Shown in pieces: positions 11,583-20,851 of a DNA stretch of 64,000 nt (positions within the stretch are counted from its first letter, which is position 1; every line of letters starts with the position of its first letter). The translations under genes and the position numbers were made by a program. The notes under the pieces are model-generated. The model had not been told where the DNA came from, searched no databases, and saw only the letters and a list, made by a program, of their open reading frames with translations. This DNA comes from Corynebacterium sp. (lineage in GTDB: Bacteria > Actinomycetota > Actinomycetes > Mycobacteriales > Mycobacteriaceae): the NCBI GenBank assembly GCA_034091885.1, contig JAXFXA010000052.1:2963-66962 (forward strand). Direction: 5' to 3'.

Positions 11583-12750
11583 ATTCCGCTCTCCGGCGTC
11601 GAAGTTCACGTTCTGCTCCCGTTAGCGGAGAACCTTTAAAAGGCAACGTTGCTAAATCAATTTTCTGCGCTACGACCAGAGCTCTCTCATTTGCTGTGTG
11701 CGCTGCACGAAGCGGTAATCCAATTGAATTGGCAAATTCATCCCAATGTCGAACACGCAGATTTTTAGTTCGCCCAGAAATAGGCAATGCCATTGTCATA
11801 TCACCATAAACCGCTGTGCAGGGGATGTCATAGACTGGAGTAACCTGCCACTTACCTGAGTCATCCTGCACAATGCTGACATTTTTCGCATGGAGGTCAC
11901 TGTTTCCGGTCAACCATGCAAATATGAACTGCAGATAGAGATTTCGTTTGGCAATCATCGGCGCACTAGTCTTCGCGCTCAGTGCGTTGACAACAATTTC
12001 ACTATCAACCGAGTATTTCTTTGCTGGCCAAAGGCCTAGCACTTGCGCTCCATCCTCTAACGCAAGCCTTTGCATCTCTCCTAGAGCATTTACTTTCCGG
12101 TCGAACCTACGCACCAGCAGTCCCGTGCGATTGTATGAATCGACGATGACCGAATGCTCACTTATGGGAATACCAAGTTCGGCTGCATGAGTAAGGTGTA
12201 GTGATTCATTTATTACTAGATGTGGATGCTCTGGCGGATCAATCTTCAAAATTGACGGCATTCCGGAAAGGCTCACTGGCCGGTTAACCATTGATGCAGA
12301 AGCTTTCGTTTGCACACCGGGAAGCCCGATCCCATCCACCACGTTAGCTATTTGCCCAAAGTCTAGCCTGGTCGCGCCTAGGTCTACCGCCGGTGAGACT
12401 TCTCTTGGTGTGGAACCGTGCGGAACAACACGAACATCGCCAAGCGTATCTCCACCGATCACCAGCAACAAGGTCAATTCATCATCGAGGGATGTTTTAG
12501 TTACATTCCGGATGACTGAGAGTCGATGCCCTTCCGGCAGCAACCCGCTAAAAAACGGTGGCAAAGCCCCACTATCAGTAAAAAATTCATTTTCTTGCAC
12601 AGGCAGTGTGGACGCAACTGCTTGGCCCGAATACTCAGGAAGATATCGAAACACTACACTTCCGGTTTCCGTTCGCCGCAAGTGTCCCGCCAGCGCATTT
12701 CCCTTGTAAACGTCTGCTTTGTCAATAAATCGAAGCCGCGTATAATCCAT
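11575..12750 (-). CDS. hipA: HipA-family kinase toxin with N-terminal couple_hipA domain
   Basis: LPPFFSGLLPEG (N-domain), LPGVQTK P-loop, ILKID, LLVRRFDR, GNSDLHAKNVS catalytic loop, PVYDI. Confidence 0.92.
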   Translation of the reverse strand: MDYTRLRFIDKADVYKGNALAGHLRRTETGSVVFRYLPEYSGQAVASTLPVQENEFFTDSGALPPFFSGLLPEGHRLSVIRNVTKTSLDDELTLLLVIGGDTLGDVRVVPHGSTPREVSPAVDLGATRLDFGQIANVVDGIGLPGVQTKASASMVNRPVSLSGMPSILKIDPPEHPHLVINESLHLTHAAELGIPISEHSVIVDSYNRTGLLVRRFDRKVNALGEMQRLALEDGAQVLGLWPAKKYSVDSEIVVNALSAKTSAPMIAKRNLYLQFIFAWLTGNSDLHAKNVSIVQDDSGKWQVTPVYDIPCTAVYGDMTMALPISGRTKNLRVRHWDEFANSIGLPLRAAHTANERALVVAQKIDLATLPFKGSPLTGAERELRRRRAEFR

Positions 12751-12968
12751 TAATCACTCACCGCCAGGGATAATCCCAGTACTGCTGTTACGGAAAGGAC
12801 GGCCTTTAGACTTGGACTCCCTGTCCCTTTTTCGATGTCTCGCACAGTTTTGTCTGACAACCCAGCCAGGTCACCTAATTGCTGTTGCGTTAAGCAATAG
12901 GACTTCCGAGTTGACCGAATCTCCTGCCCGATTGACTGCGCCGTCTTATCCGGATCAATATCTGCCAT
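12750..12968 (-). CDS. hipB: XRE-family HTH antitoxin (HipB-like)
   Basis: LTQQQLGDLAGLSDKTVRDIEKG Cro/C1 HTH; stop TAA shares its last base with the hipA ATG; SD-like GAAGGAAG upstream of ATG 12968. Confidence 0.88.
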   Translation of the reverse strand: MADIDPDKTAQSIGQEIRSTRKSYCLTQQQLGDLAGLSDKTVRDIEKGTGSPSLKAVLSVTAVLGLSLAVSD

Positions 12969-13001
12969 CTCAAACCGCCCCACTTCCTTCACAAGACAAA
13001 A

Positions 13002-13138
13002 CCGAAGAATCCTTCGGAATTGTCAATTCCAGCACTAAATTTACGCCATTCCATATCAAAACGGAAGAATACTTCGGAAACATCCGCTCTTAAGCCTATC
13101 CGCGGTCTGAATCTCCCCTAATCCGAAGAATACTTCGC
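13002..13138. repeat. Three palindromic operator-like repeats CCGAAG-AAT(A/C)-CTTCGG
   Basis: Copies at 13002-13017, 13062-13077 and 13123-13138 (spacing 60 and 61 bp) upstream of hipB. Confidence 0.9.
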
Positions 13139-13171
13139 ATTATCAGACCCGAGGAATCTATTGGATAGTGC

Positions 13172-14011
13172 TTAATCCTGCTGCAATTTAGCTTGATACA
13201 ACTCTCGATTGGGAATACCTGTGCCGTGTGCGGCTTGTTTACAGGCGTCTTTGAGTCGCATGCCGCTGGCTACTAGTTTATCCACCTCGGTAAGCAGTTC
13301 AGGAAGGTCGAATTCCTTTTCTTGGGCGCCGTCTAGAACTACGGTGATTTCGCCGCGGGCATTGTCTACTGCCCACTCGGCTAGTTCTTGTAGTGTTCCG
13401 CGGCGGATTTCCTCGTAGGTTTTAGTTAATTCTCGGCAGACTGCAGCAAGGCGGCGGGGACCAAGGACAGCGGAGGCATCGGCAAGCGTTGCTGCCAAGC
13501 GGTGGGGGGATTCGAAAAAGACGACGGCGCGTTCTTCATTCTTTAATGACTCCAACCACGAGCGGCGCTGGCCTTGTTTGCGCGGCGCGAAGCCATCGAA
13601 GATAAACCGGCCCACACCCAAACCGGAAAGTGCCAACGCAGTGGGCACTGCTGAAGGTCCAGGAAAGCAGGTCACGTGCACTCCAGCGACGGCAGCGGCG
13701 ACTACAAGCGAATGCCCAGGGTCCGAAACTAACGGCATTCCGGCATCGGAAACGATGAGGACTGTGGAGTGCCGAGCGGCATCGATAAGCTGCTGTGCAC
13801 GGCTGTCTTCATTGTGATCAAAGTTGGATACTACCTGGCCACGAATAGTAACGCCGAGAGCCTGAGCAAGGTTGCGCACCCTGCGAGTATCCTCCGCCGC
13901 GATGATGTCTGCGTGAGCAAGTGCTTGTTTTAATCTGTCGGAGGCGTCACCAATATTTCCTAGTGGGGTGGCTGCGACAATTACGCCGTGAGGTAGTTCC
14001 TGGGAGTTCAT
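13172..14011 (-). CDS. rsmI: 16S rRNA C1402 2'-O-methyltransferase
   Basis: ATPLGNIGD, AAEDTR, SDAGMPLVSDPG, FFESPHR, CRELTKTYEE; start could be 14011 or 14020. Confidence 0.95.
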   Translation of the reverse strand: MNSQELPHGVIVAATPLGNIGDASDRLKQALAHADIIAAEDTRRVRNLAQALGVTIRGQVVSNFDHNEDSRAQQLIDAARHSTVLIVSDAGMPLVSDPGHSLVVAAAVAGVHVTCFPGPSAVPTALALSGLGVGRFIFDGFAPRKQGQRRSWLESLKNEERAVVFFESPHRLAATLADASAVLGPRRLAAVCRELTKTYEEIRRGTLQELAEWAVDNARGEITVVLDGAQEKEFDLPELLTEVDKLVASGMRLKDACKQAAHGTGIPNRELYQAKLQQD

Positions 14012-14033
14012 ATTGTCCATTATGATAATCCAA

Positions 14034-15572
14034 GTGACTAAGACTGCATCCCAAGCCCGCCCCGCACGCACTGAAATCCTGCCCACTCCCCCGCGGCAAT
14101 ATATCTGGGCGAAAGCGGATACGGTGTCAACCGCAGTTATTGCACTTTTGGCCTTGATTACACGATTTGTGGGGCTGACCAGCACAACTGCTGAAAACAC
14201 CCCCATTTTTGATGAAAAGCACTATGTCCCGCAAGCTTGGGACATCGTGCAGGGAGGCATCGAATCTAATCCCGGCTTCGGTTTGGTTGTGCACCCACCA
14301 TTGGCCAAGCAACTTATTGCCATTGGTGAAGCTTTCTTTGGCTATACCCCGCTGGGTTGGCGGCTGATGACAGCTATTTTCGGCGTCGTTATGGTTCTTG
14401 CGATTATGGCTTTGACCCGCCGAGTTTCTGGTTCCTGGCAAATAGCTACCTTCGCCGGTTTTATTGCAGTCTTCGATGGTGTTTTATTGGTCTCGTCTAG
14501 ATTCGGCATGCTGGATATTTTCCAAGCCGTGTTCGTGGTTGGCGCAGCATGGATGCTAGTCCGTGATCACCAACAGGTGCATTCGCTTTTCGATGCTTCC
14601 TGGCGTCATCAACGCCTTGGCTCCTCCCCGTTCGGTCCGCGCATCGGGTTTCGTTGGTGGCGGTTCGCAGCTGGCATCACCCTGGGTTTATCCCTGGCTG
14701 TGAAATGGTCTGGACTGTACTACATCGCGTTTTTCGGCTTAGCCTCTGTCTTTGCAGACCTGTGGCTCCGCCGACGCTACCGTGTCCGCCGCTATGTCAC
14801 CGGCACTTTGCTGCGTGATACTCCCGCGGCTTTGGCCTCTTTGGTATTAGTCCCTGTCCTCATCTATCTGTGGACGTGGCGCTCCTGGTTTATGTCGGAG
14901 ACCGCCGTGTACCGCCACGCCAAAGTGGACGGCACCATTGCAAGCGACTCACCGCTGATGGCTCTGCCAGAACCAATTGCAGGCTTTTTCTACTATCACG
15001 CCTCGGTGTTGAAATTCCATGCTTCGTTGACCACGTCTAACGGCCACGACCATCCGTGGGATTCAAAACCGTGGACCTGGCTGGTGGCTGGGCGGCCAAT
15101 TCTTTATTCCTCCGCCACTGATCTGCAATGCCTGGGCGGTCAATCCTGCCGGCAGATGATCTATCTCTTTGGCACTCCCATCATCTGGTGGGCGATTATT
15201 CCGGTATTGCTGTGGTCACTGTGGCGAGTATTTTTACGCCGCGACTTCAGGTACGTCGTACCCCTTATCGGATTCTCTGCTGGCTTTCTGCCTTGGGTGG
15301 CAACTTACGACCGCCAGATGTACTTCTTCTACGCCGTTCCACTTATTCCCTTTGTCATCGTTGCATTGGCGCTGACCTTAGGGCTGTGGACCCACCGTGG
15401 AAATCCTGTACGCAATCTTGTGCCGCCCGGAACTACGTGGGGTGATGTCGCTGTGTATGGCTACCTCGCCGGAGTCCTTGCGATGTTTATTTATTTCTCC
15501 CCAATTCTCTACGGGTATACCATTCCCGATAGCTATTACAACTCCATTATGTGGCTACCTAGCTGGACTTAA
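14034..15572 (+). CDS. pmt: Protein O-mannosyltransferase
   Basis: PIFDEKHYV, VHPPLAKQLI, SRFGMLDIF, LAVKWSG, HPWDSKPWTW; multi-TM; GTG 14034 with TATGAT 7 nt upstream. Confidence 0.93.
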   Translation: MTKTASQARPARTEILPTPPRQYIWAKADTVSTAVIALLALITRFVGLTSTTAENTPIFDEKHYVPQAWDIVQGGIESNPGFGLVVHPPLAKQLIAIGEAFFGYTPLGWRLMTAIFGVVMVLAIMALTRRVSGSWQIATFAGFIAVFDGVLLVSSRFGMLDIFQAVFVVGAAWMLVRDHQQVHSLFDASWRHQRLGSSPFGPRIGFRWWRFAAGITLGLSLAVKWSGLYYIAFFGLASVFADLWLRRRYRVRRYVTGTLLRDTPAALASLVLVPVLIYLWTWRSWFMSETAVYRHAKVDGTIASDSPLMALPEPIAGFFYYHASVLKFHASLTTSNGHDHPWDSKPWTWLVAGRPILYSSATDLQCLGGQSCRQMIYLFGTPIIWWAIIPVLLWSLWRVFLRRDFRYVVPLIGFSAGFLPWVATYDRQMYFFYAVPLIPFVIVALALTLGLWTHRGNPVRNLVPPGTTWGDVAVYGYLAGVLAMFIYFSPILYGYTIPDSYYNSIMWLPSWT

Positions 15573-15596
15573 ACCCCAGAACACCACATGCTGTGT

Positions 15597-16286
15597 CTAA
15601 GCGGGCTGCGCACCGAGTCCCCGCCAGAATTGGCGCAAGCTAAATCCTTTATCTGCTAACCATGTCCACGCCAATGCCATCACAGCGGTGCCGAAACTTA
15701 GCAGTGTATAAACCTGTTGGGCCGTCAGCTCCCCGACTATTACGTCCCTCATGGTAAATCCAACGAGGAAAAACAGTACGGTGGACAGCATCGGGAGCAA
15801 ACCCACCGCCTGGCGTGGGCGCCACGCGGCAAAGCCTAATCCAGCAGCAAGACCTAACCTCCACGCAGCGTGCTCAATCAAAAACTGTGAGGTCGCGGCA
15901 TTGGAGTCCACATTAAGCTGCACTCCTTCTTCCGCAATGCTGGCAAAGGCACCTGCAACATCAACTAATGCAACCGCCCACACTACAAAAGCACAGGCCA
16001 AAAGCCCCAGAGCAGTTCGTGCTGCCATGAGATGTGTTTGACGCGTACTTGCTACTTTGCGCCACTCAGGCTCAACTCCAGCCAAGATAGTGGTGGAAAG
16101 CTCAGCTTCGGGCATACGTTCGCGCACTGGCTGCAGTTTCGTGGAAAGCAAACGTAGCTCCTGCTCAAATTTCGCGCACTGCGGGCAGCTAGCCACATGG
16201 GCTTCTAATACGTCTGGTGAGATCCCCGGTTCCTCACCATCAAACCTAGCCGAAAGTGCTGCTTGAACTTCCTCATGCGTCAACAC
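15597..16286 (-). CDS. zf-HC2 (ZAS-type) domain membrane protein
   Basis: ALSARFDGE...HVASCPQC (HxxxCxxC) followed by four hydrophobic segments; overlaps the DoxX stop. Confidence 0.85.
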   Translation of the reverse strand: MLTHEEVQAALSARFDGEEPGISPDVLEAHVASCPQCAKFEQELRLLSTKLQPVRERMPEAELSTTILAGVEPEWRKVASTRQTHLMAARTALGLLACAFVVWAVALVDVAGAFASIAEEGVQLNVDSNAATSQFLIEHAAWRLGLAAGLGFAAWRPRQAVGLLPMLSTVLFFLVGFTMRDVIVGELTAQQVYTLLSFGTAVMALAWTWLADKGFSLRQFWRGLGAQPA

Positions 16287-16686
16287 GACTGAGCACCTCA
16301 TCCAAGCTTGCACGACCGGCACCAAAGACAACAATCATCAGCAAAGAGACCGCTAGTACCAACGGGAACTCAATACCTTGCTCGTGCGCGAAAAAGCCGT
16401 TGCCGGCGTTTACCAAGTAGATAGCCGCAGCACACAAGACGGCCAACAAACCCGCTGCGAGAGTAGTTAAAAAACCAACGATGAGCATAGCCCCGCCAAT
16501 CATCTCTCCTAGTGCCGCCGCCCACGCTAGAACCTGCGGCTGTGGCACATTCCAGAGAGCAAATTGACCAATGGTGTCATCAATGCTGGGGAAAAACATC
16601 TTGTCCACACCATGCGCAATAAATACAATGCCCAGCACTGCCCGCAACAGAAAAAGCGCACCGTCGCGCAGCACTAGTGAATTCAT
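16273..16686 (-). CDS. DoxX family membrane protein
   Basis: LLRAVLGIVFIAHG, GEMIGG, GIEFPLVL, GAGRASLD. Confidence 0.9.
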   Translation of the reverse strand: MNSLVLRDGALFLLRAVLGIVFIAHGVDKMFFPSIDDTIGQFALWNVPQPQVLAWAAALGEMIGGAMLIVGFLTTLAAGLLAVLCAAAIYLVNAGNGFFAHEQGIEFPLVLAVSLLMIVVFGAGRASLDEVLSRVDA

Positions 16687-16767
16687 ACCTTCAGACTACT
16701 CGTTCGGGTACAAAAATCTTCTTAACAACTCGGGAACCTTTTGCCGCCAAGTTCAGTCTGTATAGAT

Positions 16768-17355
16768 ATGAACACCTTTAGCCAATTCAAGTCTGATTCT
16801 GATCAATCTCACACTCTTATTTGCTGCTCAGATGGCAAACATCGCCCTGCTTGGGCGGCACATTCTGCATTAGTGCAGCGCTATTATGACAAAGAATGGG
16901 GTACGCCCATCACCACTGAACACGAGCTGTTAGAGGTTTTATCCTTGCTCGGATTCCAGTCAGGATTAAGTTGGCATCTTGTTTTACGCAAGCGCGCTGC
17001 TCTCCGCAAAGTCTTCGCCGACTTTTATCCCGACGCAGTAGCTCAGCTTTCCGATGCCACCCTGGCCCACCTCACCACCAATCCCAACATCATTCGCAAT
17101 TCCCGCAAGCTCGCAGCCGTACGAACGAATGCGCGTGCAATCATTGAGATGCGCGAACGCGGGGGCGCGTTGGAGTTTATTAAGCAATTAGTTCAAAAGC
17201 AGCCCATCTCGGCGTCTGCGCCTGATTCAGATTCTGAGTCGAGCAACAGCGCAGCAGAGATGCTAGCCAAATCTCTCCGCGCGGAGGGATTTACTTTTGT
17301 GGGTCCTAAGCTGTGTCATTCTCTACTGTGCAGCATCGGCCTAGTGTCAGGATGA
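16768..17355 (+). CDS. tag: DNA-3-methyladenine glycosylase I-like protein (degenerate active site)
   Basis: YYDKEWG, FQSGLSW, IIRNSRK, GFTFVGP; the conserved catalytic Glu position reads Leu and the C-terminal DxH segment is absent. Confidence 0.8.
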   Translation: MNTFSQFKSDSDQSHTLICCSDGKHRPAWAAHSALVQRYYDKEWGTPITTEHELLEVLSLLGFQSGLSWHLVLRKRAALRKVFADFYPDAVAQLSDATLAHLTTNPNIIRNSRKLAAVRTNARAIIEMRERGGALEFIKQLVQKQPISASAPDSDSESSNSAAEMLAKSLRAEGFTFVGPKLCHSLLCSIGLVSG

Positions 17356-17366
17356 GCTAATTCGTA

Positions 17367-18689
17367 CTACCCTGCGCGTCGCACTGCGAGGTCATCGCGG
17401 CGCGGGCCCCGAGTAGATGAAGGATCGGGTGCGAAGCTATCGTCGCCTATATAAGGGAGGTGGTCGAAGTCGGGGCTGTCATCGTCAAGCTCAATAATTA
17501 TTGCTCCAGGTCGGCGCAGCGCACGCGGAATAGCAAGTTCTTCATCAACTGCAGAACGAACGCCCAAGCGCGCGCGGCGCAGTTGCGCAATGCGACGAGC
17601 ACGCAACTGGTGCTCCTTTTTTACTTGCTGGCGCAACGCCACCAGGTACACCACAGTAAGCAGCGCAACGATGACAGCAGGAGTCCACCATGCTCCAGCC
17701 ATCGCTACACCGAGCCCAACCGCAACAACCAAAGCAATAGCCAAGCCAAACAGGGTGCGCTGGCGACGCTGGAAACGAGTTGCCTTCGTCGCTGCATCCG
17801 CTGCCGGATCCCAGCCACCACGGCCGACGCGACTCTGTGCAAATTTGAGCTCATCAGGCGTTAATTCCTCATCGTTGGCGGCGGCTGTATCGGCAAGCTC
17901 GCTCTGTTCTTCCTCAATTGCAAGAGCTGCAGAATCCGCAGCTTCCTCGCGGTCGTTTTGCAGCGCAGCGTCCCCGCTGCCCTCAAATTCCTCAACGTCC
18001 TCACGGTCCTCGACATGGGAATCGACCGCACCTGGGTACATGAGATCAACTGGGGATACGTATCCGTGGTCGTACTCATAAGCATCCTTAGAAACCTCAG
18101 AAACTGCCGGTGCAGTAAAAACGGCCGAATCACAGGCGTCAGAACGCTCTGAGTCGTCCTCGGCATCTATGCGTGAACTACCCGGCTGCGCAGTGTTGTC
18201 TAGTGCAAGTTCTACGGTGTCCTCCCCTGCATGAGTTGTGGCCTGGCCAGCGTTGGACGCATCTGCTTCCACAAACTCATCCTCAATGAGGATTTCATCG
18301 TCTGCCACAATTTCTCCGTCAATTGTGGCGTTCTCCGCGTTTGAAGGGCCGTCATGGACATCAAAGTCAGTCTGATTACGATCTTCTACAGCAACTACAA
18401 CGGCTGGTTCGAGCTCCACCTCAATTACGTCGTGATCGTGCGCATCAGCTGTAGCTTCGCGGTCAGCGCTATCAGTAGACGAAACAGCCCAAGATACCGT
18501 ACGGGATTTGGGGGCAAGCTTAGGATTCGGGCGGGTTGCCAGCTCATCGGAGTCGCCGCTAAAGAGCACTCGAGTTTCTTCAAAAGCCTCACCGGTTCGA
18601 CTCATTGGCCTTTGACTACGCAACAAAACTGGAGCGAGCACCAACAACCAGACAACGATGATCAATACGACAGCAAGACCTGGAGACAC
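17367..18689 (-). CDS. glpR: Divisome membrane protein SepX/GlpR
   Basis: N-terminal TM (LAVVLIIVVWLLVLAP), long acidic low-complexity region, two TM segments, basic C-terminal tail; in the glp-GNAT-glpR cluster. Confidence 0.8.
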   Translation of the reverse strand: MSPGLAVVLIIVVWLLVLAPVLLRSQRPMSRTGEAFEETRVLFSGDSDELATRPNPKLAPKSRTVSWAVSSTDSADREATADAHDHDVIEVELEPAVVVAVEDRNQTDFDVHDGPSNAENATIDGEIVADDEILIEDEFVEADASNAGQATTHAGEDTVELALDNTAQPGSSRIDAEDDSERSDACDSAVFTAPAVSEVSKDAYEYDHGYVSPVDLMYPGAVDSHVEDREDVEEFEGSGDAALQNDREEAADSAALAIEEEQSELADTAAANDEELTPDELKFAQSRVGRGGWDPAADAATKATRFQRRQRTLFGLAIALVVAVGLGVAMAGAWWTPAVIVALLTVVYLVALRQQVKKEHQLRARRIAQLRRARLGVRSAVDEELAIPRALRRPGAIIIELDDDSPDFDHLPYIGDDSFAPDPSSTRGPRRDDLAVRRAG

Positions 18690-18844
18690 GTTTTGAGCCC
18701 ACCTTTCGCCGGCACCCGTCCTGCATGGGGAGACTGCAGGCGGTATGAGAAATTTCCTAAACTCTCACATTAATTCTCCCCCTGTAGGATTCATTCCGGC
18801 GCGCCGAAATCACAGCCACTCTGAAACCAATGTGATTGTTGTGA

Positions 18845-19543
18845 CTAGTGGCGAAGTATCCCCGCAATCCGCCCGGATGCACACAGACGGTCCACGGCTG
18901 AAGTCGAATAGTCCTCCCGTGTCACCGCTACAAAGTAGTGATCCCGCCAGGAGCCATCGATATGCAAATTGCGCCGAAAGTATCCTTCTTCTCTGAATCC
19001 GCAGCGTGCCAGCACTTTTCCGGAAGCGGGATTCTCAGGAAGATACGTAGCTGTCACGCGGTGTAGCCCAACCCTGCGCATGGCGTGATCTACGCCCAGC
19101 GCGCAAGCCGCTGTAGCTACTCCTGCCCCCGTTACTGCTGAGGAGACCCAGTAACCAATCCAACAATCCCGCACGCTGCCGTGCTGGATGTTTCCCAAGG
19201 TCAGCTGTCCTGCAAACCGTCCATTGAGTTCAATTGCCAGTGGGATCACAAGTCCATCGCGCGCGGCTCCTGCCACAAAGTGGAAATGAGACAACCAGCC
19301 CGCTTCATTATGGCTTTGTTCCCACGATGTAGGCGAGGTGGGTTCCACTGGTCGCAGAATCTTTTCATCGCGCAGCCGCTGTGCACGCCACGCTGCGCCA
19401 TCGGCTCGTACCAATGGCCGCAAACGCAGATACGCGCCGTGCGGAAAACGGTGACTTTCCGCCAGCGCCACCGTCTCTGTAACCTCCGGCCACCCCGGAT
19501 GAGCTGGGTGGGTAATCGGGGTTTCTGCGTGTGGTGGGGTCAT
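18845..19543 (-). CDS. RimJ/RimL-type GNAT N-acetyltransferase
   Basis: HPGWP, GQLTLGNIQHG, IGYWV, ENPASGKVLARCGFREEG. Confidence 0.9.
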   Translation of the reverse strand: MTPPHAETPITHPAHPGWPEVTETVALAESHRFPHGAYLRLRPLVRADGAAWRAQRLRDEKILRPVEPTSPTSWEQSHNEAGWLSHFHFVAGAARDGLVIPLAIELNGRFAGQLTLGNIQHGSVRDCWIGYWVSSAVTGAGVATAACALGVDHAMRRVGLHRVTATYLPENPASGKVLARCGFREEGYFRRNLHIDGSWRDHYFVAVTREDYSTSAVDRLCASGRIAGILRH

Positions 19544-19588
19544 CCGCCCCAACCGCCAACCACAAAGGTCAAACATTTCCGCCCGCAG

Positions 19589-20848
19589 TTAACTACGTTG
19601 AGTCAAAAACATCACGTCAACAACATCACCGGGGCGAATCGCAGTCACATCTTCGGGCACCCGCACCAAAGCATTTGCCTCCGCCAAACCAGCCAATAAA
19701 TGAGCTGGCGCACCTGTGGCTCCAGACAAACCTTCCACGAGATAATCAGCCGTTTCGGCATCACGCATCAGACGCGCACGAATGAAACCGCGGCGCCCGG
19801 GACGGGACTCAATATGATTCAGCGCACGAGCTCGCACCACGCGACGGCTTGCTACGCGTTTTCCAAGTGTCAAACGAATCAGCGGGCGTACAAAAACTTC
19901 AAAAACTACCAAAGCCGAAACTGGATTGGAAGGCAATAAGAACGTAGGGATTCTTTCCTCACCTAGAAGTCCAAAGCCCTGTACAGATCCCGGGTGGACT
20001 GCCACGCGGGTTGTGTCTACGTCACCGAGTTGGTCTAGCACGTCTCTCATGGCCTGCGCGCCCGCGCCACCCACAGCACCGGAGATGACCAGCACCTCAG
20101 ACCGTGAAAGATAGGTCTCTAAGGTTTCTTTAATTCGACGTGGTTCACCTTGTGCAATGCCGATTCGTTGCACATCGGCGCCAGCCTCCTTGGCAGCGGC
20201 GGCCAAGGCATAAGAGTTGACGTCAAACACTTGGCCGAGACCGGGTTCGCGGTCGACATCGACAAGCTCCCTACCAAAGGAAACAATAGTCACGCGAGGG
20301 CGTGGATATACCAGAACTTTGGAGCGGCCCACTGCCGCAAGCAGTCCTATCTGCGCTGGTCCAAGTACTGACCCCGCAGTGACAGCAACGTCGCCGGGCT
20401 GAATATCATCCCCGACGCGGCGAACAAAGTCACCCGAGCGCACCGGCCGATGTGCCGTAACACGTTTTCGGCCACGGTCGGTCCATTCGAGGGGCAGGAC
20501 GGCATCGGCAAGCGTGGGCAATGGCGCACCTGTATAAATGCGCACGGCCTGCCGCGGCTGTAAACGCAAAGGCTGCTTCGATCCTGCCGGAACCTCGCCG
20601 ACGACGGGCAAGGAGCGCTCGACCTCGGGCTGGTCCGTGGACGCACCAATGGCCTTTTCCCCGCCGACATCTACCGCACGCACGGCGTAACCGTCGATGG
20701 CCGCTTGGGGAAATCCTGGCAGCGGCTGCGTAGCCTGGACTTCTTCTGCACACATCAGTCCTAGTGCAGACGCAATCGCAGTACGCACTGGCTCTGGCTT
20801 AACCGCAGCGTCAGTAATCAGCGCCAACTGTTGTTCGACTGAGCGCAT
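19589..20848 (-). CDS. glp: Gephyrin-like molybdotransferase Glp (MoeA family)
   Basis: MRSVEQQLALI, AIDGYAVRA, IYTGAPLP, VHPGSVQGFG, LPSNPVSA. Confidence 0.93.
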   Translation of the reverse strand: MRSVEQQLALITDAAVKPEPVRTAIASALGLMCAEEVQATQPLPGFPQAAIDGYAVRAVDVGGEKAIGASTDQPEVERSLPVVGEVPAGSKQPLRLQPRQAVRIYTGAPLPTLADAVLPLEWTDRGRKRVTAHRPVRSGDFVRRVGDDIQPGDVAVTAGSVLGPAQIGLLAAVGRSKVLVYPRPRVTIVSFGRELVDVDREPGLGQVFDVNSYALAAAAKEAGADVQRIGIAQGEPRRIKETLETYLSRSEVLVISGAVGGAGAQAMRDVLDQLGDVDTTRVAVHPGSVQGFGLLGEERIPTFLLPSNPVSALVVFEVFVRPLIRLTLGKRVASRRVVRARALNHIESRPGRRGFIRARLMRDAETADYLVEGLSGATGAPAHLLAGLAEANALVRVPEDVTAIRPGDVVDVMFLTQRS

Positions 20849-20851
20849 AAT

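Noticed and set aside
13002-13138. Mini-CRISPR array
   Set aside because: Only three 16-bp repeats with about 44-bp gaps, no cas genes or leader, and the position directly upstream of an HTH antitoxin fits operators better
17367-20848. glp-GNAT-glpR as a novel system
   Set aside because: Already described as the gephyrin-like Glp/GlpR divisome module conserved in Corynebacteriales
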